A stretch of 64,000 bases of DNA from Verrucomicrobiota bacterium (lineage in GTDB: Bacteria > Verrucomicrobiota > Kiritimatiellia > CAIQIC01 > JAGNIJ01). The notes beneath the pieces were generated by a model. The model worked only from the letters and a program-made list of their open reading frames with translations, searched no databases and was not told where the DNA came from. Of this stretch, positions 18,407 through 27,474 are shown one piece after another (within the stretch, counting starts at the first letter, position 1; every line of letters starts with the position of its first letter). The position numbers and the translations under genes were made by a program. The DNA lies in NCBI GenBank assembly GCA_036821485.1, contig DAISJM010000001.1:140313-204312 (forward strand), written 5' to 3'.

Positions 18407-20917
18407 CTACGGCAGGCGCACGCCGAGGCGATAAAATCGACGTTCGGATGCGCAGGCATTGGTGACCGAGATCATTCCGTTGCGGCCGGGCAGGTTGGAG
18501 AAGACCGTCGACCACGAGCCGGTGGGGCTGTTGTCGCAGAAGCGCAGGCTGTAGTAGCGGTGGCCCGCGGCGGTGAATGAGAGGATTGTCTGGTCCGGCC
18601 CGATGCCGGGGACAATGTCGAGCGCCAGCGCGGTGGCTCCGCTGGTCGGCGAACTGCACGCGATGTACTCGTCCAGATTGGACAGCCTGTCGTTATCCGC
18701 GTCCGCCGCCGCATCGTTGCTGGACGTGTTCAGTCCCTGCTGCTGTTCCCAAATGTCCGGCATGCCATCGGCATCGGCGTCGATTGAAGGCGCGATGAGT
18801 ATGAGTTCATTGGTGCCCGTTCCCTCGGGAAGGGAGAGGTTCTGCACAACGGAAGTCGTCGTGCCCACGACGATAGTCAGCTTGTAGGTTCCGTGGAATC
18901 CGCGGAAGTTCAGGACGCCGTAGGTGTCGGTGATTTTGTTCGTGTGGGTGGTCCACGAAGCGAGAAGTTGTTCGTACATGCGACCGGCGGCGTTGGTGGT
19001 CCAGTCGGCGTTGACGATTGCGGCGTCCGCGCCGCGCCAGTGGTTGCTGCTCCAGAAGCCCCACATGAGAATGCCGTCGACGCCGGGATGGCTGAACGCG
19101 GTTTTATAGAAGGTCTTCAGCAACCGCGCGCGCTCGACCTCGTCGGGATGCGCGACATCGAACTCCGAACACCAGATCGGCAGGTTCAGTTCGGCGAGCG
19201 TGTTGAGGCGATTGAGCACGAGGTACGGATTGATTTCCCACATGTGACACTGCGCCCCGACGCCGCCGACCGGCGCGCCGCTTTCGATGAGATCGCGAAT
19301 GTGGGTCACGTACTTGTCGGTGTCGGAATAGGAGACGACGCCATAGTCGTTGACGAATAGTTTCGCGTCGGGATCCAGTTCCTGCGCGCGCTGGAACATC
19401 CAGGTTCGGGCGGTGTTGCCAAGGTTGTTGGAGTAGAAATCGCCGTGCAGCATCTCGTTGTTTACGTCCCAGTGCTCGAAGTGGTCGGCATAGCGCGGGA
19501 CGATGGCGTCGAGGCGGTTGGAGACGGCCGCGAACAGGTCGGCGGATGAGTTGGTCAGATCCTGCACCCAATCCTGCACGTATTGTTGGACCTCCCAGAA
19601 GATGCAGTGCCCGCGCATGCGGATGCCGTTGGAGCTGCAGAACGCGTACATGGTGTCGGCGTCGCCATAGCTGAAATTGGTCTGGTCGGGCTCGTTCCAG
19701 CCCCACTTGGTTTCGTTCTCGAACACGGCCCATTCGAAATGGTTGGTGAAGAAACTCCGGTATTGGCTATTGCTGATGACGTGGTAGCTGAGCGCGGAGC
19801 CGAACGCAAAGTCGTGCTTCACCTGCCGGATATCGACCGCGGCGTTGGTGAGGGGGCGGCCAAGGCAGTCGTAAAGCGCGATGCGGACATCGCGCTTGCG
19901 GATCGACTCAATACGCGCGTCGGCGTCCGCTTCCCACGAGCCGCTGCCGACGACGGCCGCATCGTCGATATAGAAAGACACGCCGGCGTCCGGACCCTCG
20001 ACGTAGATGTTCAGTTCCGACAGCGTGCCGGTGTATTCGAGCGTGTAGGCGCCGATCAGTTGGACCCATTGGTTGCTGTAGGCGGTCGCGTTGGCAATGT
20101 TGGTCCACGTGGAGATGCCGTTGGCGGTCTTCTTGACGGTGAGGGACACGTTGGCGGTTGCGGCATTGGCGAGGCGGATCCATGCGCTGTTGGTGTAGGT
20201 GTAGCCGTTGGCCATGATATTGAGGAGATCGTGTACCGGTCCCTGCCAGTACTGATCGCGCGAGTGGATGTAGCCGGCGCGGCTTCCGCTGTGGACGTGC
20301 GCGGTGGTGGTGGTGACGATGGCCGGCGAGTACGCCCACCAGTAGGCGGCGCCTTCCTCGAAGCCGGGATTGGTGAGCAGGTTGTCGCTGGGCGTCGGTG
20401 GCGCGCCGACCCACACGATGGCCATGCGGTCGACGTACAGCGTGTCGAGCGACTTCTTGTTGTTCCTGTGGTTCGTATCCTGCACGCGGATGAAAATGGT
20501 GCCCATGATCGAACTCGGCAGCGTGAAAGTCTGCGGCGTGTTGTCGTCGGAGGACTTGGTCACCGTCAGCATATTGCTGAACGTGCTGCCGTCCTGCGAA
20601 TAGGAGAAAACGAAGTCATCGCCATCGCTGTTGCTGGGCCGGTAGGCCTCGACGTAGAAGGTGAGGGCGGTGCCGCCGGTGACGTAGAACGTCCACTTGT
20701 GTTCGAGGTAGCTGTAGCGGCTGTTCACGACCTCGGTGAGCGACTGGTAGATGTTGTCGCTGGAGTGGGTGTTGGTGTAGCTGCCGTTGATGGTGCCGGA
20801 AAGAAACAGCTGCCCACCCGCCACGTTGGTGACGGACTGCGCCATGGCGGTGGAACTCCAGCACAGCGTGGCAAGCAGGGCGAGGACGACTGAACGACTG
20901 AACAACCTGTACGTCAT
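18407..20917 (-). CDS. Secreted modular GH10 endo-xylanase (unknown N-terminal module, CBM4/22-like domain, GH10, DxDxDG repeats plus C-terminal domain)
   Basis: NLLTNPGFEEG CBM start; FENETKW, MRGHCIFW, acid/base WDVNNE and nucleophile WCSEFD. Confidence 0.88.
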   Translation of the reverse strand: MTYRLFSRSVVLALLATLCWSSTAMAQSVTNVAGGQLFLSGTINGSYTNTHSSDNIYQSLTEVVNSRYSYLEHKWTFYVTGGTALTFYVEAYRPSNSDGDDFVFSYSQDGSTFSNMLTVTKSSDDNTPQTFTLPSSIMGTIFIRVQDTNHRNNKKSLDTLYVDRMAIVWVGAPPTPSDNLLTNPGFEEGAAYWWAYSPAIVTTTTAHVHSGSRAGYIHSRDQYWQGPVHDLLNIMANGYTYTNSAWIRLANAATANVSLTVKKTANGISTWTNIANATAYSNQWVQLIGAYTLEYTGTLSELNIYVEGPDAGVSFYIDDAAVVGSGSWEADADARIESIRKRDVRIALYDCLGRPLTNAAVDIRQVKHDFAFGSALSYHVISNSQYRSFFTNHFEWAVFENETKWGWNEPDQTNFSYGDADTMYAFCSSNGIRMRGHCIFWEVQQYVQDWVQDLTNSSADLFAAVSNRLDAIVPRYADHFEHWDVNNEMLHGDFYSNNLGNTARTWMFQRAQELDPDAKLFVNDYGVVSYSDTDKYVTHIRDLIESGAPVGGVGAQCHMWEINPYLVLNRLNTLAELNLPIWCSEFDVAHPDEVERARLLKTFYKTAFSHPGVDGILMWGFWSSNHWRGADAAIVNADWTTNAAGRMYEQLLASWTTHTNKITDTYGVLNFRGFHGTYKLTIVVGTTTSVVQNLSLPEGTGTNELILIAPSIDADADGMPDIWEQQQGLNTSSNDAAADADNDRLSNLDEYIACSSPTSGATALALDIVPGIGPDQTILSFTAAGHRYYSLRFCDNSPTGSWSTVFSNLPGRNGMISVTNACASERRFYRLGVRLP

Positions 20918-21016
20918 ACGAATGATACGGGTAACAATCTAAGCAATATAGTACTTGGTGGGCATGCGGTTGTGTAGGGCAAACGGAAAGAAAAGGCGGT
21001 TTTCGCGCCGCCGGGC

Positions 21017-21646
21017 CTATTCCGTGGAGATGCGGTAATGGTAGGGGCCCGCTCCGGTGGCCGTCTCGTCGGTGTAAACATTGATCGTCGGCGTGGCGGT
21101 GATGTTGGTCTTCAGGTTGGAGAAGTTCGTGGTGAGAAGGCCGCTGGATCTTTGCAGGCGGTACTTTTTCCCGGCGACGCTGGACCACGAGATCACGGAG
21201 TTCGACGCTTGAAACCTGAGACTTGAAACTTGGAACACTGAGGCCGCGTTAGTCGGCTGCGTGCCTGCGAGCAGTTCGTCCGTATTCCACATTCCGTCGC
21301 CGTCGGTGTCCGGGTCCGTCGGGTCCGTCTGATCCTGGTAGTGTTTCAGGTTGCTGATGGTGTCCTGGTTGAAATCGCCGGCGGCGGTGTTGGTGAGACC
21401 GTTGAACCAAACCAACTCCCACGCGTCGGGGAGGGTGTCGCCCTCGGTGTCCGCTTCTCCCTGGATGCCGATGGCGACGGACTGCGTGATGTTGCCGAAC
21501 GAGTCGTAGGCGTAGTTCACGCGTTGCGTGCTCGAGAGGCGCGACTCCGACAGTCGCCCATCGCTGTCGAAGACGAACGATTGAGAGCGCGCTGTCACGG
21601 TCAGCGCGGCCCATGCCATGCACCACACTATGATTCGTCTTGTCAT
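21017..21646 (-). CDS. Secreted single-YD-repeat protein with DxDGDG repeats and ...HYR C-terminal domain (RHS partner)
   Basis: ATG overlaps the RHS TGA (TGATG); signal peptide; FDSDGRL...YAYDSFGNIT; DTDGDGMWNTDELLAGTQP. Confidence 0.75.
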   Translation of the reverse strand: MTRRIIVWCMAWAALTVTARSQSFVFDSDGRLSESRLSSTQRVNYAYDSFGNITQSVAIGIQGEADTEGDTLPDAWELVWFNGLTNTAAGDFNQDTISNLKHYQDQTDPTDPDTDGDGMWNTDELLAGTQPTNAASVFQVSSLRFQASNSVISWSSVAGKKYRLQRSSGLLTTNFSNLKTNITATPTINVYTDETATGAGPYHYRISTE

Positions 21647-24600
21647 CAGAATGAGCTCGGCATCGAATTCCAGACGGCCTGTTCCTCCGGCGTCATCGGA
21701 GTCTCCGATACGACGCACCGCCATTGTGCTTCCAGCGCGCGCTGCCTTTCTCCGTTTTCCCAGGCAGAGCGCTCATACTGTTCAAGCAACTTCGCCGCGA
21801 GCGCCTCCAGTTCGCTGGCTTCGACGGGACCGATGATGCCGGCCTCGGCCAGACCCTTTCCAAATCCGCTCAACTCCGATCCTTGAAGGATGTCGTCGCT
21901 GATGGATGTTGCCATTTCCACCGAGCCTTCGAGGTCAAAGGTGTTGTCGTCCTCCGTGCCTTCCGGGTCTATCCGGTCCACCGGATTGCCGCGCACGTAG
22001 CGGTATACATTCACATCCGGCAGCAGGCCCAGCGGATCGCGCTGGAGGAATCGGCCGGCGGTCGCGTCGTAACAGCGGGCCTTCATGAAGTAGAGCCCGC
22101 CGCCTTCGTCCGTCACGCCGTACCGGCCGATGAAGGTGAACGGGTTGTTCATCCGGCTGTAACCGCCCGCCGGCTGGCCGTAGGCGTCGTACCGATAGAG
22201 CGCCGACAGTTTCCCTTGCTCGTCGGTCATCGCGATGGTGCTGCCGTTCTTGTCGGCGTGGTAGAAGTGAGTGCCCCTGCCGGCGAACCACGCCGCGACC
22301 AGCGCCCGGCCGCGGTAGAAGTAGAGCGCGGTGACGCGGGAGGCTCCGTCATCTTCGCAGATCAGTCGATCGGCGTGGTCGTAGTACAGCCGCCGTGCGG
22401 AGCCCCCGGTTGTCACGCTCGCGCGGCGCCCGAGCGCGTCGTAGGTCCACGCGCTGTTCGTTCCCCCGCGAGTGATGGAGGTCAGCCGGTTTGCGGTGTC
22501 GTAGGCGGCGGTAAAGTTGGTTCCGGCGGTCTGATTGCCGTCCGCATCGTAGGTGCAGGCGGATGTGTTGCGTTGGGTGGCCTCGTTGGCCACGTCGAAC
22601 CGCGCGCGGTTCGTGGCGGGGGACTGCAGGGGCGACCACGGGATCAACCCACCTTGCTTCACGATGTTCGTCGTTTGACCGGCGGCATCGCGGTAGTAGG
22701 CAAGCTGGATGAGGTTGCTGGTGCCGGCGCGGTGGAGGATTCCGGTGGGATCGTTGGCGGCGTCCCAGCCCCAGTAGGTATCGCCGCCGTTCGAGCGCTG
22801 TTCGCGGAGCGGATTGCCTTCCGCGTCATACGTGAAGCGAATCCAGTTCGCACCCCACGCCATGTTGGTGACGCGGTCACGGCTGTCGCAGGCGTAGGAA
22901 ACGACGGTGCCGTCGGGATAGGTCATGGTGGTGACGTTGCCCTCCGGGTCGCGCGCGAACGACAGCGTCCTGCCGCCGGGATAGCGCGCGGCAATCACGT
23001 CGCCGCGAGCGTCGTAGGTGTACGAGAATGAACCGGCATCGTTGGAGAAATTCGTCAGCCGCAACGCGGCGTCGTAGGCGAAGACGCTGGCTGCCCCGTT
23101 TTCCACGCGGCCGATCAGCAACCCGTCCGCGTCGTAGGTGAAGCCTGTCCGCTGGAAGCGGGCGTTGAACGTGTTGGTGAGTCGGCCCAGCGGATCGTAG
23201 TAGCAGCTCGTGAAATGCCACAGCGGATCGTTGATCGACTGCACGCGATTCATGCAGTCGAAGCTGAAGCTGTAGAAGTCGCTGGAGAACGCGCTGGTGC
23301 TGACCGACGAGATGTTGTCGTTCGCATCGTAGGTGTAGTACATGGAGCGGCCGAGCGCGGTGATGTGGTTGGTCATCCGGCCCGCGGCGTCGTACCGGTA
23401 CGTGTTGGTTCGCGCGAGCGGATCGACGATGCGCTTGAGCTTGTTGAAGTTGTTGTAGGCGTAGGTCGTGCGACGCCCCATGGGGTCGATCGACGCCGTC
23501 GGCCACAGCATGGCGTTGCGCTCGACCGTGGTGGTCCGACTGTTCCCGTCGATCCGCTGCGATTCCGCGCAGCAGTCATACACGATCCGTTCGGTTGTGC
23601 CGTCGGGCCGGATGGTTCGCGTGCGCCGCCGCAGCGCATCGTATTCGAAGCGGGTGACGAAGCCGCGCCGGTTGGTGATGGCGACGACATCGAAGCCCGC
23701 GGCGTCATAACCGAAGGTCGCGGAGTACCCGAGCGGATCGGTCATGCGGGTGGGTTTGCCGAGCGAGTTGAACGCGAAGGTGGTGCGTTCGCCGGCGGCG
23801 TTGACGGCGGCCGTGACGAGGCCGAGCGCGTTGTACTGCCAGCGTTGTTCGCGGCCGCCGAACGAGACGAGATTGGTGAGGTTGCCGCGGCTGTCGTATC
23901 CGAATCGCATGGCCTGTCCAAGCGCGTTGGTTGCCGCCGCGATGCGGCCCTTGGCGTCGTAGCCGCGGGTTTCGACCGTGCCGTCGTAGTTCACGCGCCG
24001 CAGCAGGCGCCCGTGTGGATCGTAGCTCATGCGCATCGTGCAGCCGCCGGGGTTGGTGACGGTCGTCGCCCAGCCGTTGCTGTACGAGGTGAGCGTATAG
24101 CGGTCCGTGGGGTCCTTGACCTGCGTGGTCATTCCGTTGCTGCTGTAGTAGATCCAGAATCCGCCGGTCGGATCGTCACGCCAGACCGCGCGGTTGTCCA
24201 TGGGCTGGCTCATCGCGTAGTAGTAATTGGTGCGGCCGAGCGCGTCCGCGACCGTTGAAATCCGCGTGTACGTTCCTGCCACGCTGCCGGTCTCCCAGGT
24301 GAAGGTCCACGTCCGGCCCTCGGTGGACATGTTCGTCATGTAGTGCTGGGCGTTGTAACGAAAGAGGGTTGTGTTGCCGGCCGCATCGCGGCTTTCGACA
24401 AGATTCTGGTTCGCGTCGTAACGGTACGCGCAGGCCGCGCCGCCCGGCACGATCACGTTGGTGCAGCGGCCCTGTGCGTCGTACTGGAATCGGGTTGAGC
24501 GGCCGACGGCGTCGGTGATGTTGGTCAGGCGCGTGCCGTTGTAGCCGAGCGTCACCCGGTTCGAATTGCCGTCCTCGATGCGCACCAGCGGAATCCAGGC

Positions 24601-25830
24601 ATCGCGCACATCGGCGCTTTCGTAATACCACGTGTCGCCGGTCCGGGGATCGAACCACTCGTAGACCCAGACGCCGCGGGCCGTGTCGTTCGTGCGCCGG
24701 AAGCGGCGCGTCTCGCCGGGCGGCACGACATAGTCGCCGTCCCATGTGACGAGCGGAGTGACGGAATCCGACGAGCGCGCGCTCGTGTTGGTCACGTAGT
24801 ACACGGGGATTTCTCCGCCCGCCTGGTTCGTGTCGATGCTGCCCGGCGGAACGCCGTAGTACATCGCCTGGCCGGAGCCGCCGTAGCGGGAGACGGTCAG
24901 GTACGAGCCGGAGAGATGGGACTCGGCGGAGAACGTCCAGCCGCGTCCGAACATGCCCGTCGCCGCGGGGTTCGCGTTCCATGTGCGGGTGAAGGTGAGG
25001 TCGGGGCCCGGGCTGGAGTAGGCGTAGTCGGTGTCTTCGACGAGGAGGTTCAGTGTGCACGTGTTGATGCGGAAGCCGGGCAGGCCCATCGGCACGCACC
25101 CGCCGCAGCCCTCGGGTTTGTGGAACTTCACCGGCGGCTCGAAGCCGGTGTATTCCGGCAGGCCCATGAGCCATTCCCAGTAGCCGATGGCGAGCGCGTC
25201 TTTCGGGATGATGTAGATGTACACGAATTTCATGTCGCGGATGTCGGGCCAGTAGTTCGTCTGCGAATCAAGGGTGGCCGAGAGGATTTCAATCTGGCTG
25301 TACGTCCGGTTGGGCACAAAGGGATCGCGGTGTGTGAGATTGAGCACGGCGGGCGGCGACCCCTCCGCGTGCCAGACCAGGTGCGAGCGCCAGAGGCAGT
25401 GCGTGTAGGGAATGTCGATCCGGCCCTGCCGCTCAAGCGGGATCGAGTTGGAGAGCAGCTGGGTATTGGCCACGCTCATCGAAACGCCGTAGCTCATGTC
25501 CGGCTTCAGCGGCGCGGCGTAGGTGATCTGCGTTATCTCCGGTGTGTCGGACCGGCTGACCAGTTGAATTTGCGCGTCGGGAATTTCGGCGATCGACCAC
25601 TGCACCGTGATGAGTCCGCCGGTGGAGGTCATGCCCGGGGCGATTGCGGGCACAAGGAGGACCAGCACGGCGACGATTTTCCAAGCGTTGGAAAAATGGC
25701 GGCGCGATTTTCCAAGGGTTGGAAAAACTGAACGGGATTTTTCCAAGGGTTGGAAAAACCGTCCCGCACACCACCTCGTCACGGCTTTGTACACGTTGAC
25801 GCCCATGGTGAGAACAAGCGCCCGGCCCAT
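21646..25830 (-). CDS. RHS/YD-repeat protein with N-terminal signal peptide and RHS-associated core; short acidic C-terminal tip
   Basis: AAGGAGG upstream; DUF6531-like TFTRTWN...MFGRGW; more than 25 YDxxG repeats; core RFLQRDPLG...NPVDRIDPEG; start codon uncertain (25830 or 25806). Confidence 0.88.
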   Translation of the reverse strand: MGRALVLTMGVNVYKAVTRWCAGRFFQPLEKSRSVFPTLGKSRRHFSNAWKIVAVLVLLVPAIAPGMTSTGGLITVQWSIAEIPDAQIQLVSRSDTPEITQITYAAPLKPDMSYGVSMSVANTQLLSNSIPLERQGRIDIPYTHCLWRSHLVWHAEGSPPAVLNLTHRDPFVPNRTYSQIEILSATLDSQTNYWPDIRDMKFVYIYIIPKDALAIGYWEWLMGLPEYTGFEPPVKFHKPEGCGGCVPMGLPGFRINTCTLNLLVEDTDYAYSSPGPDLTFTRTWNANPAATGMFGRGWTFSAESHLSGSYLTVSRYGGSGQAMYYGVPPGSIDTNQAGGEIPVYYVTNTSARSSDSVTPLVTWDGDYVVPPGETRRFRRTNDTARGVWVYEWFDPRTGDTWYYESADVRDAWIPLVRIEDGNSNRVTLGYNGTRLTNITDAVGRSTRFQYDAQGRCTNVIVPGGAACAYRYDANQNLVESRDAAGNTTLFRYNAQHYMTNMSTEGRTWTFTWETGSVAGTYTRISTVADALGRTNYYYAMSQPMDNRAVWRDDPTGGFWIYYSSNGMTTQVKDPTDRYTLTSYSNGWATTVTNPGGCTMRMSYDPHGRLLRRVNYDGTVETRGYDAKGRIAAATNALGQAMRFGYDSRGNLTNLVSFGGREQRWQYNALGLVTAAVNAAGERTTFAFNSLGKPTRMTDPLGYSATFGYDAAGFDVVAITNRRGFVTRFEYDALRRRTRTIRPDGTTERIVYDCCAESQRIDGNSRTTTVERNAMLWPTASIDPMGRRTTYAYNNFNKLKRIVDPLARTNTYRYDAAGRMTNHITALGRSMYYTYDANDNISSVSTSAFSSDFYSFSFDCMNRVQSINDPLWHFTSCYYDPLGRLTNTFNARFQRTGFTYDADGLLIGRVENGAASVFAYDAALRLTNFSNDAGSFSYTYDARGDVIAARYPGGRTLSFARDPEGNVTTMTYPDGTVVSYACDSRDRVTNMAWGANWIRFTYDAEGNPLREQRSNGGDTYWGWDAANDPTGILHRAGTSNLIQLAYYRDAAGQTTNIVKQGGLIPWSPLQSPATNRARFDVANEATQRNTSACTYDADGNQTAGTNFTAAYDTANRLTSITRGGTNSAWTYDALGRRASVTTGGSARRLYYDHADRLICEDDGASRVTALYFYRGRALVAAWFAGRGTHFYHADKNGSTIAMTDEQGKLSALYRYDAYGQPAGGYSRMNNPFTFIGRYGVTDEGGGLYFMKARCYDATAGRFLQRDPLGLLPDVNVYRYVRGNPVDRIDPEGTEDDNTFDLEGSVEMATSISDDILQGSELSGFGKGLAEAGIIGPVEASELEALAAKLLEQYERSAWENGERQRALEAQWRCVVSETPMTPEEQAVWNSMPSSF
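25677..25757. repeat. TTTTCCAA-N3-TTGGAAAA palindrome triplet, 31-bp period, inside the RHS ORF
   Basis: Units at 25677, 25708 and 25739 with 12-bp spacers. Confidence 0.92.
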
Positions 25831-25935
25831 TCCGGAAGCATGCCTCCTTGGGGCGTATTCTAGGAGATCGGGCGGAATCTGTCACGGTCATGCCGCGCTG
25901 GATTTTGGGGCGTTCCGGCCCTAGAGTGGGGCGCC

Positions 25936-26970
25936 ATGTCGATTCTGCTCAAGAACCAGACGGCGGAGGAATTGCACGCGGCGCTGGCGTTGGCCGGCAT
26001 GACCCCGCGTGCTGCCCGCATCATCCAGACCGCGGCGGTTCGCCGCAACGAATGGCCTGCGCCGCAGACCGGAATGTCCGCCGACTTGTTGGCGCGGGTG
26101 CAGGCGGCTGCGACGATTCCGAACCTGGAGGTGGCCGGCAAAACGGTTTCGCCGACGGATGGCTTCACGAAGTATCTCTTTCGCGGTGCCGACGGCGAGA
26201 CGTTTGAGTCCGTACGCATTCCGATTCTCCACCGTCCGGAAGACCGGAAGCTCATCATCTGCGTCAGCTCGCAGGTCGGTTGCGCACTCGGTTGTGCGTT
26301 TTGTTTCACCGGGCGTATGGGTTTCAAGCGTAACCTCGCCGCGTGGGAAATTGTCGATCAGGTGCTGAAGATCCGCGATGACTCCGACCTGCCCGTGCGC
26401 GGTGTCGTCTTCATGGGCATGGGCGAGCCGATGCTGAATTACGAAGCCGTGATGACGGCGGCATCGATCTTGTCCGAGCCGTGCGGTATGGCCATCGATT
26501 CCAAGTCCATCACGATTTCGACTGCGGGCATTGTCCCCGGCATTCGCCGATTCACCGCCGAGCGGCGGCGGTTCCAGCTCATTGTCTCGCTCACGACGGC
26601 GAACGCCGCGCGGCGTGCCGAACTGCTGCCGGTGGAGAAAGCGCACCCGACACCGGACTTGATCGCGGCCCTGCGCGAGTATCACGCCGCCACACGGCGG
26701 CGCGTGACGCTGGCGTGGATCATGATGTCCGGCATCAACACCGGCGAGCGGGATGCGGAGGAACTGGCGGAACTCACCAGGGATCTGCCGGTGAAAATCG
26801 ACCTCATCGACGTCAACGATCCGACCGGCCAATTCAAACCGCCGACGCGCGAGGAACTGAGCCGTTTCCGTGACGTGTTGCGGAAGCACGTCGGCGCGCC
26901 GGTGCTTCGCCGCTACAGCGGCGGGGCCGATATCTGGGCGGCCTGCGGAATGCTCGCAGGCAAGACCTGA
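25936..26970 (+). CDS. rlmN: RlmN/Cfr-family radical SAM RNA methyltransferase
   Basis: CVSSQVGCALGCAFC, FMGMGEP and C-terminal AACGML cysteine; divergent SLTTA in place of SLHA. Confidence 0.75.
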   Translation: MSILLKNQTAEELHAALALAGMTPRAARIIQTAAVRRNEWPAPQTGMSADLLARVQAAATIPNLEVAGKTVSPTDGFTKYLFRGADGETFESVRIPILHRPEDRKLIICVSSQVGCALGCAFCFTGRMGFKRNLAAWEIVDQVLKIRDDSDLPVRGVVFMGMGEPMLNYEAVMTAASILSEPCGMAIDSKSITISTAGIVPGIRRFTAERRRFQLIVSLTTANAARRAELLPVEKAHPTPDLIAALREYHAATRRRVTLAWIMMSGINTGERDAEELAELTRDLPVKIDLIDVNDPTGQFKPPTREELSRFRDVLRKHVGAPVLRRYSGGADIWAACGMLAGKT

Positions 26971-26979
26971 CCTGCGCGA

Positions 26980-27309
26980 TTACGGCAGAAACGAGCAGAT
27001 GTATTCGCAAAGGCCGGATTTGATCTCGATATCGAATCCGGATTTCGCCGGAACCTCGAAGACCTGGCCGCCGGAATAGGAATTCACCGCCGGCTTGCCG
27101 TCGAGTTTTACCTCGCACTGACCGGCGACGATTTCCATCCGCTCGGCTTTGTCCGTGCCGAAGTGGAACTTGCCGGGATAGATCAGCCCGAGCGTTTTCT
27201 TGCTGCCGTCCGGAAAGAGAATGCTGTGGCTGACCACCTTGCCGTCGAAATAGACATTGGCTTTGGCGATCGCCGTCACGCCGGGAAATTCAGTCGGTAT
27301 GGTTTTCAT
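26980..27309 (-). CDS. ppnP: Pyrimidine/purine nucleoside phosphorylase (DUF1255)
   Basis: KANVYFDGKVVSHS, KKTLGLIYPG, FGTDKAERME, FEVPAKSGF and YICSF motifs. Confidence 0.9.
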   Translation of the reverse strand: MKTIPTEFPGVTAIAKANVYFDGKVVSHSILFPDGSKKTLGLIYPGKFHFGTDKAERMEIVAGQCEVKLDGKPAVNSYSGGQVFEVPAKSGFDIEIKSGLCEYICSFLP

Positions 27310-27346
27310 GGGGCACCAGTTTCGAAATTCAGGGAAGGAAGTCAAT

Positions 27347-27430
27347 CCTCCTTCGCCAAGGCTTCGGCGGATATGGGCAGGGCGAGATCCCTCACCCCGA
27401 CGTCTCGGAGAGTCAGGGTTCGGGATGACA
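27347..27430. repeat. Two stacked intergenic repeat elements (CCTTCGCCAAGGCTTCGGCGG; GAGATCCCTC...GGGATGACA)
   Basis: Shared motifs with 211-240 and 5431-5467. Confidence 0.5.
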
Positions 27431-27474
27431 GAGGCGCGCTTCGCGATCGGGACGAGGAATCTCGTCGGCGAATC

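Noticed and set aside
21017-21646. RHS downstream gene as a classical immunity protein or T6SS effector pair
   Set aside because: It has a signal peptide, a YD repeat and a secretion-type tail; there is no PAAR, VgrG or Hcp in the window.
25677-25757. 31-bp-period palindromes as a mini-CRISPR array
   Set aside because: Spacers are only 12 bp, arrays have 2-3 units, copies are dispersed, and there is no leader or cas gene.
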